From: Candidatus Lokiarchaeum ossiferum
Lineage (GTDB): Archaea > Asgardarchaeota > Lokiarchaeia > Sigyniarchaeales > Promethearchaeaceae
Assembly (NCBI GenBank): GCA_025839675.1
Contig: CP104013.1
Location: 930,001-962,000, forward strand
DNA: 32,000 nt
Direction: 5' to 3'
Part shown: one piece after another, positions 1 through 8,118 of the stretch
How the letters are laid out: every line of letters starts with the position of its first letter
Position numbering within the stretch: the first letter of the stretch is position 1
Program-made: the position numbers and the translations under genes
Notes under the pieces: model-generated
What the model was told of the DNA's origin: nothing
The model's database searches: none
What the model saw: only the letters and a program-made list of their open reading frames with translations

Positions 1-1487
1 ATGTGAGTGATAAACTGTATTTTGAAGAATTAAGTCCTGAGCGCGTCTTAGACATTTGCCATAAAGAATATGCCCAAGGATTGATTGTGAGTGTAGGAGG
101 ACAAATTGGGAATAATCTAGCTCAAGAATTTACCAAATATAAGAAAGCTTTCGATGCAACAGGAATAAAAATTTTGGGAACCTTAGGAAAAGATATTGAT
201 AAAGCTGAAAATCGCATGAAATTTGGAAAAATAATGGATTCTTTAGGAATTATTCAACCCCGCTGGGCTCAGCTCTTAGAAATGGAAGATGCCTTAATGT
301 TTGCCAAAAATGTTGAATATCCTGTTTTAGTGCGACCATCATATGTACTCTCTGGAGCAGCCATGCGAGTGGCCACGCGAGAATCAGAACTGAGAGAATA
401 TTTAGAACTTGCAGCAGTAGTTTCCAAAGAAAATCCAGTAGTAATAACCAAATTTTTTACTGATGCACGAGAAATTGAATGTGATGGAGTTGCGGATGGA
501 GAGAATGTGTTCATTGCTGGAGTAGTTGAACATATTGAAAATGCAGGTGTACATAGTGGAGACGCCACTATGAGTCTTCCCGCACCATCACTGCCGTATA
601 AAATGTGGGAAAAAATTCAGCATGAGACACGCAGAATTGCATTAGCTATGGGAGTGCAAGGTCCATTCAACATCCAATATTTAGTAAGAGATAAAAAAAT
701 CTATGTAATTGAAATGAATCTCCGTAGCTCCCGATCCATGCCATATGTAAGTAAAACAATAGGCATGAATCTAATTAAGTTAGCCGCCGAAGTCATCATG
801 GGAGGCAAAATACCCAAACGGTTAATAAAACATTCAATTCCCCCATATGTTTGTATAAAAACCCCTCAATTTTCTTTTATGCGCTTAGAAGGAGCAGATC
901 CAATCTTAGGAGTTGAAATGATGTCGACCGGAGAAGTAGCATGCATTGGTGAAGATTTTCCTGATGCTTTAATTAAAAGTATGATGGCCGCAGAATTCAA
1001 AGTACCACTTGAATGTGGTAATATTTTGATTACAGTTGCCGGGATGGAGTTAAAACAAGCGATTACACCTTTTGCATTACGCTTGGAAGAGTTAGGTTTT
1101 AAAATTTTTGCAACCCCCCACACTGCGGATGTATTCATGGATCAAGGTATTAACGTGGGCATCCTCAATAAAGTAAGTCAAGAAGAAATCAAACCAAATA
1201 TAGTGGATTATATTCTAAAACGCGATTTGGCTTTAGTCATCAATATTCCCCTTGCATCAAACAAAATTCACAGCAATCAGATTTTAGAAGATGAATATCT
1301 TATCCGTAGAAAAGCAATTGAATTCAATATTCCGGTGATAACCAACATCCAGCTTGTCGAAGCATTGGTTGAAGCGATTGAGAATTTGCATGATGCAGGC
1401 ATAACCAGCATAGAAAAATACCATGAAAAAGTATTGATAAAATCTCTTTCTGATTACCATCAATATCTTCGTGAAATATACTGGTAA
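1..1487 (+). CDS. carB: carbamoyl-phosphate synthase large subunit, C-terminal half (5' end cut by window edge)
   Basis: Frame 3 is open from the window start to TAA 1485-1487. The translation shows the second ATP-grasp half (VLVRPSYVLSGAAM, HSGD, EMNLRSSRS) followed by an MGS-like allosteric domain (ILITVAG...ATPHTADV). The apparent GTG 'start' at 3 is internal. Confidence 0.9.
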   Translation, partial: VSDKLYFEELSPERVLDICHKEYAQGLIVSVGGQIGNNLAQEFTKYKKAFDATGIKILGTLGKDIDKAENRMKFGKIMDSLGIIQPRWAQLLEMEDALMFAKNVEYPVLVRPSYVLSGAAMRVATRESELREYLELAAVVSKENPVVITKFFTDAREIECDGVADGENVFIAGVVEHIENAGVHSGDATMSLPAPSLPYKMWEKIQHETRRIALAMGVQGPFNIQYLVRDKKIYVIEMNLRSSRSMPYVSKTIGMNLIKLAAEVIMGGKIPKRLIKHSIPPYVCIKTPQFSFMRLEGADPILGVEMMSTGEVACIGEDFPDALIKSMMAAEFKVPLECGNILITVAGMELKQAITPFALRLEELGFKIFATPHTADVFMDQGINVGILNKVSQEEIKPNIVDYILKRDLALVINIPLASNKIHSNQILEDEYLIRRKAIEFNIPVITNIQLVEALVEAIENLHDAGITSIEKYHEKVLIKSLSDYHQYLREIYW

Positions 1488-1497
1488 TTTTTTTTTA
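1488..1497 (+). terminator. oligo-T tract (T10) immediately after carB stop
   Basis: Ten consecutive T directly follow TAA. Archaeal-type intrinsic termination signals are oligo-T runs. Confidence 0.4.
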
Positions 1498-1540
1498 CAT
1501 TCAATGATTTATTTAGGTTCATAATAACTTATTTGTTTGA

Positions 1541-2446
1541 TTGCATTTGTTGAAAAACGTAACCATCATTGGAGAGAAAAAATCTGTTTATTCCAAGGAT
1601 ATAGCATTCTCTTTTATAACTCCAGATTTTCTCTCAAATTTCATGATTAACATAAATGAAGAAATGACAGCCCGGAAGTATTTCAATCAAGAAACCGTTT
1701 TAGATTTACTTTCAGTTAAGATCATCTGCTATAAAATTTTGGAACCTTTTCCTTTATTCTTTGCCTTAACGTACGATGATTCTATTGTCCCAGAGAAATT
1801 TTATCCAACATTACATTCTGTGATAGAAAAGACCTTGGATTTCTTAAAAGATAAGAAACCCGAAATTTTACAAAAAGAACCAACAGTTTTTAAAAAGCCC
1901 TTTGAGAAACTTGTCGATTTTGCTATGGAAAATAGACCCCCAAAGATATCAATATTGGGATACAATGGTGTTGGCAAAACATCGATCTGTAATTACATTG
2001 AAGGAATAAAGCCTGAAAAGTTATTACCAACAATGAATATTGAACGACATTCATTTCGATTATTCAATATTCCAATAATACTATGGGATTTTTCAGATGA
2101 AATCCCAGAAAACATGGTCCAAAAGTTTCTTTTAGGTTCTGATGCGGTTATAATTGTTCTTGATTCAACCAAAAAAAATGCTAAAGACAGTTTACATCTT
2201 TTAAATTTGACAAAAAAGACCGTCCCACATGCTGAATTAATTATTGTCGGGAATAAACAAGATCAAAAAAAGGCGGAATCAATTGAGAAATTAGAAAAGC
2301 TAATGAATCACCGAATTATACCGTTTAATGCAACAAATTTTGCTAATGCGCGATTAATTCAGGAACAAACCGCTGAATTATTAGAAATATGTTGTGAAGA
2401 ATTAGATTATACTGACGAAAGCTATGTAGTGCAACGAAACGATTAA
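1541..2446 (+). CDS. small Ras/Arf-like GTPase with a roughly 130-aa N-terminal longin/roadblock-like extension
   Basis: The C-terminal half carries G1 GYNGVGKT (about 1958-1981), a candidate G2 Thr in LLPTMN, G4 NKQD (about 2252-2263) and an atypical G3 LWDFSDE (2081-2101). The N-terminal half has a beta-beta-alpha-beta-beta-beta-alpha-like residue pattern. In-frame TGA lies at 1538-1540, so the start must be TTG 1541/1547/1550 or ATG 1643; the start is uncertain. A T8 tract follows the stop. Confidence 0.8.
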   Translation: MHLLKNVTIIGEKKSVYSKDIAFSFITPDFLSNFMININEEMTARKYFNQETVLDLLSVKIICYKILEPFPLFFALTYDDSIVPEKFYPTLHSVIEKTLDFLKDKKPEILQKEPTVFKKPFEKLVDFAMENRPPKISILGYNGVGKTSICNYIEGIKPEKLLPTMNIERHSFRLFNIPIILWDFSDEIPENMVQKFLLGSDAVIIVLDSTKKNAKDSLHLLNLTKKTVPHAELIIVGNKQDQKKAESIEKLEKLMNHRIIPFNATNFANARLIQEQTAELLEICCEELDYTDESYVVQRND

Positions 2447-2454
2447 TTTTTTTT
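2447..2454 (+). terminator. oligo-T tract (T8) after GTPase gene stop
   Basis: Eight consecutive T directly follow TAA 2444-2446. Confidence 0.35.
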
Positions 2455-2629
2455 ATCTTCTTTCCATCTGGCGCCCTATGGATCCATCAGAGTAATGAGG
2501 AAATCATATATTTCTTACCCTAAATTAATTTAATTTAGATTTATGAAACTTTTCCTATCCAATCAGTAAGAAAAAAGATTCATAATATTACTAAAGAAAA
2601 TTCCATTAAAGTTAATTAGGTTAAAATTT

Positions 2630-3436
2630 ATGAGTGAATCAAATATAATGCTTAAAGTTGAACACATATCAAAATCTTTTGAAAATGTGCACGCTGTGAA
2701 TGATTTGTCTTTCAATATTAAAAAAGGAGAAATCTACGGATTACTTGGACCAAATGGAGCGGGAAAAACAACCACAATTAAAATGATTTTGGGTTTATTA
2801 GAACCAAATGAGGGCAATATTGATGTATTAGGACTTCACCCTGAGAGAGATGAGGTAGAATTGAAGAACCGGATTGGTTATGTTTCCGAAGAACCTCTAA
2901 TTTACAAATCACTCACTCCTAAGGAATTGTTTAATTTCATTGCTTCGATTCGAAAGTTGCAAGGAGAACGAGTTTCAGAAAAATTAGCCCAATATTTGGA
3001 TAGTTTGGGGGCGGTAGAATATTATGAGAGATTGATATCGACCCTATCTAGAGGAAACAAACAAAAAATCCAAATCATCGCAGCAATTCTACACGATCCG
3101 GAATTACTAATCATGGATGAGCCTTTAGCAGGTTTAGATGCAAAATCTGTGAAAGTAGTTAAAGAAATTTTGGAATTACATACCCAACGGGGAGGTTCCG
3201 TCTTATTTTCGACGCACATCATGGAAGTTGCAGAAGATCTATGTGATCGAATCGGAATAGTTAATCAAGGAAAACTTGTTGCTGATGGAACAATTGATGA
3301 ATTGCGCGAAAAGGCACAAAAACTTGGTCCAGATTATGATTTAGAAGATATCTTCTTAAAGTTAACAGATCAAGACGAATCGGTAAATGAGATCATTGAA
3401 AAACTTAGAGCAACTATGAATGGAAACCATAAGTAG
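2630..3436 (+). CDS. ABC transporter ATP-binding protein (ABC-2/drug-exporter type)
   Basis: Walker A GPNGAGKTT, signature-like LSRGNKQK, Walker B LLIMDEPLAGLD and H-loop STHIM. The next gene starts 14 nt downstream. Confidence 0.9.
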   Translation: MSESNIMLKVEHISKSFENVHAVNDLSFNIKKGEIYGLLGPNGAGKTTTIKMILGLLEPNEGNIDVLGLHPERDEVELKNRIGYVSEEPLIYKSLTPKELFNFIASIRKLQGERVSEKLAQYLDSLGAVEYYERLISTLSRGNKQKIQIIAAILHDPELLIMDEPLAGLDAKSVKVVKEILELHTQRGGSVLFSTHIMEVAEDLCDRIGIVNQGKLVADGTIDELREKAQKLGPDYDLEDIFLKLTDQDESVNEIIEKLRATMNGNHK

Positions 3437-3450
3437 AGGCATCGAATTCA

Positions 3451-5199
3451 ATGAATAATAAACAATTATACAAAATTTCTAAGTTTGCTTACACGGAGGC
3501 ATTCACACAATCTCAATTGGACATCGCAGGTTCTCAACAGAGCAAAATTTTGGAGAAAATGGAAAAAAATCGAAAATATATGAAGATGCAAAGTATTACC
3601 ATGAAAATTGTTGTAGGTGTTTTCATTGCTCTAATGGTGATTATCCCGATTCAAGCATTCATTAGTATTAGAAGTGCTATTGCTGAAAATATTATCCCCG
3701 AAAGTTATTTGATTTTTGCGGGAAGCATGACGCTAAGTGCTTCGTTTTTAATTCAGATAATGTATCTGATTATGTTTGGGATGTTCTTTGCCTCAAGTTT
3801 ACTTTCAGGCGATTATTTGAAATGGCTTTCTACATTACCCATTGAAATGAAAGATATGCGAAAAATTACAATGATGACATTCTTCCGTGGTATGGATGTA
3901 CAATTTGTTGCTTTGCTACTCGTTCTTCCAATCGGTACCGCCATTATTACTCAAAGTATAGTGCTTACTCTGTTGAGTCTTCTGTTATCGATTATAAATA
4001 TAGTCTTCTCATTTAGCTTACTTGTAATAATTGGAGAAAAAATCAATAGAATCATGAATAATAACGAAGCAAATTCGAAAAAAGCAACTTTTGCACGAAT
4101 GTTTGTTATGCTTTCATATTTGATTGGTTCGATGAGTATGTCCTTGGGATTAAATTTTGCAATGAGATTCATTCCAACATTATTTACCGAAGCAACTTTA
4201 AGCAGTATTCCTTCATCTACTATTAATACCCTTAATCTTATATTCAGCGCCATACCTCTCCCTTTTACGGCAAGTTATTCTTTAGTTGAAGTATTAATCG
4301 TTTTAACAGGAAACGGAGAAATATCTACAACTTTGATTATCACATCTCTTCTCGGATTGCTATTGTTTATTGGATTTACATACATCTTATTAAATAAAGC
4401 ACTTAAACTTCTTACGAATGTTTTTGTTCAGAAATCCAAATCTTTTGATGAAAATGCAAAAAAAACCACTATTGAGGATGTAAAGTTATGTATAGAAGAA
4501 CCAGTGAAAGCATTTTTCCTAAAAGATAGACAAATGATTACTCGAGACATGCAAATGATGATGCTTGTTATCATGCCCATCTTACTTCCATTTATAGGAA
4601 TCGCAACAACGGGATTTGTAGGCGAACAGGGAAATGAAGCCTTATTTGTACTTTTTACTGTGAATATCATCTACTCAGTTCTTTCTGGAGTTATGATTGT
4701 TTGGGGATTATTGAATGTGGAATCAACGGGATCAACAATTCATGCTTCCTTACCAATAACAGTAAGAGATCAAGTGAATGCAAAAGTGAGATGGATTTTC
4801 TTAGTATTGACAATTTCTTCTTTCCTTCCAACCATTTTTATGATTGGAAAAGAATATTTCATAGATTATTTGATAATAACCACTCTATTCTTCCCAATTG
4901 GACCCATCACAGGTATTATTACATTAGAACTAAAAGTTAGATTGTTCGGTAAAATGAAATATAAGTATGTAATAGAAGATGTGAATATTGGTCAGACATT
5001 ACTAAAATGGATCTTAATTGGAGTGGTTGCATTATTGGTGTATATAGGAACGTTTGCAATGGTCATAATCTACATGTCAGAAATGACCGAAGGATATATT
5101 GGAAGGATGGCTACAATCATTCTTCCAATTGAAGCAACAGTCAGTGCATTATTATACTTCATCTATAATAAAATGTTCCCTAAACCTAAGATTTTCTAG
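3451..5199 (+). CDS. polytopic membrane protein, putative permease partner of the upstream ABC ATPase
   Basis: 582 aa with many long hydrophobic segments throughout. GAGG lies about 12 nt upstream of the ATG, and the gap to the ATPase stop is 14 nt. There is no recognisable catalytic motif. It is much larger than a typical roughly 250-aa ABC-2 permease. Confidence 0.75.
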   Translation: MNNKQLYKISKFAYTEAFTQSQLDIAGSQQSKILEKMEKNRKYMKMQSITMKIVVGVFIALMVIIPIQAFISIRSAIAENIIPESYLIFAGSMTLSASFLIQIMYLIMFGMFFASSLLSGDYLKWLSTLPIEMKDMRKITMMTFFRGMDVQFVALLLVLPIGTAIITQSIVLTLLSLLLSIINIVFSFSLLVIIGEKINRIMNNNEANSKKATFARMFVMLSYLIGSMSMSLGLNFAMRFIPTLFTEATLSSIPSSTINTLNLIFSAIPLPFTASYSLVEVLIVLTGNGEISTTLIITSLLGLLLFIGFTYILLNKALKLLTNVFVQKSKSFDENAKKTTIEDVKLCIEEPVKAFFLKDRQMITRDMQMMMLVIMPILLPFIGIATTGFVGEQGNEALFVLFTVNIIYSVLSGVMIVWGLLNVESTGSTIHASLPITVRDQVNAKVRWIFLVLTISSFLPTIFMIGKEYFIDYLIITTLFFPIGPITGIITLELKVRLFGKMKYKYVIEDVNIGQTLLKWILIGVVALLVYIGTFAMVIIYMSEMTEGYIGRMATIILPIEATVSALLYFIYNKMFPKPKIF

Positions 5200-5208
5200 C
5201 AAGGGTTA

Positions 5209-5225
5209 TTTTTTTTTCATTTTTT
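5209..5225 (+). terminator. oligo-T tracts (T9, T6) after permease stop
   Basis: The sequence ttttttttt ca tttttt begins 10 nt after TAG 5197-5199. Confidence 0.4.
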
Positions 5226-5317
5226 CTGAGAAGTTTTAGTTTAATCGATTGAAGCTTCTTACTCAGTAAAATATTTAAATTTAAAAAGTTGTTTATCCTA
5301 GTATTGGAGCAATTTCT

Positions 5318-6391
5318 ATGCAAAAATTAATTCTTGTTAATTGGGATATGCAACTTGGACCTCGAACCTTAGTTCAATTTCCTCCCGAAGAAAATTTCCC
5401 ACCAAAAGAAGTTCTCTTAAAAATTTGGGCCCAACATGAAATTAATCCTAAAAAATACTTTATTTCCTATTATGATAACGAGCAGGATAAGTATTATTGC
5501 TCCTATTTAAAGAAACAAATTAGAACCATTAAGACCTATTTCATTGTGTTAGAACTGTCTCCAGAAGATGATGAGCGAATTTTTCAAGAGATCTTGGACA
5601 ACATTGCGGAAGATTTAATTAACAAGATTGATCATCCTCATTTTAACCACGTATTGTCTGAAACATATCGAATTGTTAAAACCTATTCTGATCTTGACCA
5701 AGAACAATTATTTTTAAGATTATTTGAGGATAAAGTGAGATCGGACATTTTTTCAATATTAAGAAATGGGGTTCTCACGAAAAAGCAATTGAAATCTAAG
5801 TTAGAAGATTTATATGGTTACTCTGATTTGAATGTAGATCTTCTCTTAACTCCCTTCATACGATTAGGATTAATTCAAATAAATAATATCCCCGGTTCTC
5901 CAGATTCCCTTTTCTTGGTAAATGATGTTTATTCTTGTTTCTTACCTCCAAAAGAAAAACCTAATACAGATATAATTCGAGATGTAATAACTCAACGGTA
6001 TATGTCACCTAAGATCATTCCAAATGAAGATTTACAACCCCTAATGCATTTATATCAAGAACCAGGAGTTAAAGAACTCATTTCATTATTGAATGAAGAT
6101 ATTCACAACGGTATGCCTTATGAAATCGCACTCACGGTTTTAAAGAATAAAGAAGACACAATTGAACAATTGGAAAAGCACAATATTGTTTTTGTTCACA
6201 ATAAGAAAAGAATTTATCTCATAAGTCAATTGAATTTCATTAAATTCGTACCGACATATTTAATCTCAATTCTAGCTAAAAGATATCAAAAAAGTGAAAT
6301 ATCTTTAGATCAATTAGTTCAACAATTGGATTACATAAAATTAACAGATATGGAAAACACTTTGGGAGCAAATTGGAACCGGATCTATTAG
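5318..6391 (+). CDS. hypothetical protein: N-terminal longin-like domain plus two winged-helix-like segments (NPRL2/FLCN-type architecture suspected)
   Basis: ATG is preceded by GGAG at about -13. The N-terminus LILVNWDMQLGPRTLVQFPPEENF fits the 'strand - GP - strand - P' signature of FLCN/NPRL2/DENN-type longin domains, followed by a beta-beta-alpha-beta-beta-beta-alpha pattern. Later segments (IFSILRNGVLTKKQLKSKL...FIRLGLIQI; YEIALTVLKNKEDTIEQLEKHNIVFV) look like wHTH units. Function is not established. Confidence 0.7.
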   Translation: MQKLILVNWDMQLGPRTLVQFPPEENFPPKEVLLKIWAQHEINPKKYFISYYDNEQDKYYCSYLKKQIRTIKTYFIVLELSPEDDERIFQEILDNIAEDLINKIDHPHFNHVLSETYRIVKTYSDLDQEQLFLRLFEDKVRSDIFSILRNGVLTKKQLKSKLEDLYGYSDLNVDLLLTPFIRLGLIQINNIPGSPDSLFLVNDVYSCFLPPKEKPNTDIIRDVITQRYMSPKIIPNEDLQPLMHLYQEPGVKELISLLNEDIHNGMPYEIALTVLKNKEDTIEQLEKHNIVFVHNKKRIYLISQLNFIKFVPTYLISILAKRYQKSEISLDQLVQQLDYIKLTDMENTLGANWNRIY

Positions 6392-6446
6392 GATTCCTAT
6401 GATAACAAAATTGATATAAAATTATTTAGCTATGAAATAATTCCCA

Positions 6447-6455
6447 TTTTTTTTT
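6447..6455 (+). terminator. oligo-T tract (T9) downstream of 5318-6391 gene
   Basis: Nine consecutive T lie about 55 nt after the stop. Confidence 0.3.
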
Positions 6456-6549
6456 CTAGAATTTACGAAAAATTTTTGAAATGTAAATATATTAGTGCTT
6501 CTCTCATTTAAAATACTTGAAATCCACTTGATTAAAAAATAGGATTATT

Positions 6550-8067
6550 ATGGATATTTATCGGTCGTTTGTAGAGAATTTTCATGGAATTGCATTTAGA
6601 AGATTACTAAATGACAAAATCGTTCTTTTCGAAGGTATGGTTAAAGAAATTTCTGGTTATGATAAAGAAGAATTCATGAATAAAAAAATTACGTGGAAAA
6701 AACTAATGCATCCAGATGATCTAGAAAGATTATCCGAAAATATCCATAGATTACATGTAATTAGAAATTATTCTACAGAACGCGAATATAGGATCAAAAC
6801 TAAAAATGGAAAAATGAAATGGATTCATGAGAATTTGCGTAGAATTGATGAAAAAAACCAAATATATATTGAAGGAACTATTGTAGATATCTCAAAAATG
6901 AAAAATGCGGAACTTCAATTACGAGAGAGTGAAGTAAAGAGAAGCGAAGAGCAAATGCAAAAAGAAAAATTGGAATCGATAGCCCTTTTGGCGGGTGGTA
7001 TTGCCCATGACTTCAATAATATCTTAACTTCCGTATTAGGAAATTTAGAATTAATGCAGATGGAATCTTTAGAGGGCGAAACCCAATTACTCCTAACTGA
7101 AACATTGCAAGCAACTCATAGAGCCACAAATCTTACACAACAACTTTTAACTTTTTCAAAAGGGAAAAAACCAATAAAAAAAACAGAGTCCATAATCCAA
7201 ATCTTAGATGAAGCATCCTCTTTTGTTCTTCGAGGCTCAAATTGCAAAACTCAATGTATTTTTGAAGATTTAATCCCTCCCATTAATGTAGATGCAAATC
7301 AAATTTTACAAGTCATTAATAACTTGTTAATCAATGCAAAACAAGCCATGGAAAAAGGAGGTATTATAACAATAAGCTGCTCAACAATAGATATTAATCG
7401 GATTGATACAATTCCCCTTCCTTTTGGTAAATATCTTAAAATTGCAATTAAAGATACTGGAAAAGGCATTCCAAAGGAAATTCAATCAAAAATCTTTCAA
7501 CCTTATTTTACTACAAAATCTAGAGGATCTGGTTTAGGGCTTGCAACGAGCTACTCGGTGATAAAAAACCACAATGGTCACATTAACTTTCAATCAACAA
7601 AAGGAGTTGGGACAGTTTTTAACATATTTTTGCCTGTCTGGGATGAAGCTTTTGTGATAGAAGAAAAACGTAATGAAAATTCTATACTTCCTGAGAATAT
7701 GAAAGTACTTGTAATGGATGATGATAAAGCCATTCATCGGATGTTGTCACGAATTTTTAAGCGCTACAAATATCGGATGGATTCAACTTATGCTGGGGAA
7801 GAAGCAATAGAATTATATAACCAAGCTCTTCTAGAAAACACTCCTTATGATCTGGTAATAATGGATTTAACTATTCCAGCAGGTCTCGGAGGTGAAGCCA
7901 CTGCAGGAGAAATTCTTAGAATTAATCCCGATGCGAAAATGATTGTTTCTAGTGGTTATTCAAACAATGAAATTTTAGCAAATTATAAAAAATATGGATT
8001 CCAAGCAATTCTAAAAAAACCCTACACAGTTGAAGATTTGCGAAAAGTTATAAACATAATAAGTTGA
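6550..8067 (+). CDS. hybrid sensor histidine kinase (PAS - HisKA - HATPase_c - receiver), no TM segment
   Basis: PAS-like N-terminus (YRIKTKNGKMKWIHENL...EGTIVDISKMK), coiled linker, H-box GGIAHDFNNILTSVLGNLEL, N-box NNLLINAKQAM, G1 IKDTGKGIP, F-box FQPYFTTK and G2 GSGLGLATSY. The C-terminal REC domain shows VLVMDDD...DLVIMDLTIP...KKP. Confidence 0.9.
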   Translation: MDIYRSFVENFHGIAFRRLLNDKIVLFEGMVKEISGYDKEEFMNKKITWKKLMHPDDLERLSENIHRLHVIRNYSTEREYRIKTKNGKMKWIHENLRRIDEKNQIYIEGTIVDISKMKNAELQLRESEVKRSEEQMQKEKLESIALLAGGIAHDFNNILTSVLGNLELMQMESLEGETQLLLTETLQATHRATNLTQQLLTFSKGKKPIKKTESIIQILDEASSFVLRGSNCKTQCIFEDLIPPINVDANQILQVINNLLINAKQAMEKGGIITISCSTIDINRIDTIPLPFGKYLKIAIKDTGKGIPKEIQSKIFQPYFTTKSRGSGLGLATSYSVIKNHNGHINFQSTKGVGTVFNIFLPVWDEAFVIEEKRNENSILPENMKVLVMDDDKAIHRMLSRIFKRYKYRMDSTYAGEEAIELYNQALLENTPYDLVIMDLTIPAGLGGEATAGEILRINPDAKMIVSSGYSNNEILANYKKYGFQAILKKPYTVEDLRKVINIIS

Positions 8068-8118
8068 TTTGAAATTCTGATGGAAAATCATATTAAAAAG
8101 TGCAATTTATTTTAAATT

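Noticed and set aside
269-1138. Track ORFs 269-568(-) and 866-1138(-), antisense inside carB
   Set aside because: They are fully embedded antisense to a strongly supported carB reading frame. Their Ser/Thr/Ala/Pro-rich composition is typical of the antisense frame of a real gene.
2461-2495. Relatively GC-rich intergenic patch containing the palindromes GGCGCC and ATGGATCCAT, considered as a tRNA, structured RNA or operator
   Set aside because: It is too short for a tRNA and no cloverleaf-compatible stems are present. The palindromes are short, restriction-site-like and unrepeated elsewhere in the window.
3022-4940. Track ORFs 3022-3222(-), 3951-4253(-), 4428-4670(-) and 4701-4940(+), inside the ABC ATPase/permease genes
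   Set aside because: They are antisense or out-of-frame within genes supported by Walker motifs or consistent TM-helix periodicity. They have no motifs of their own.
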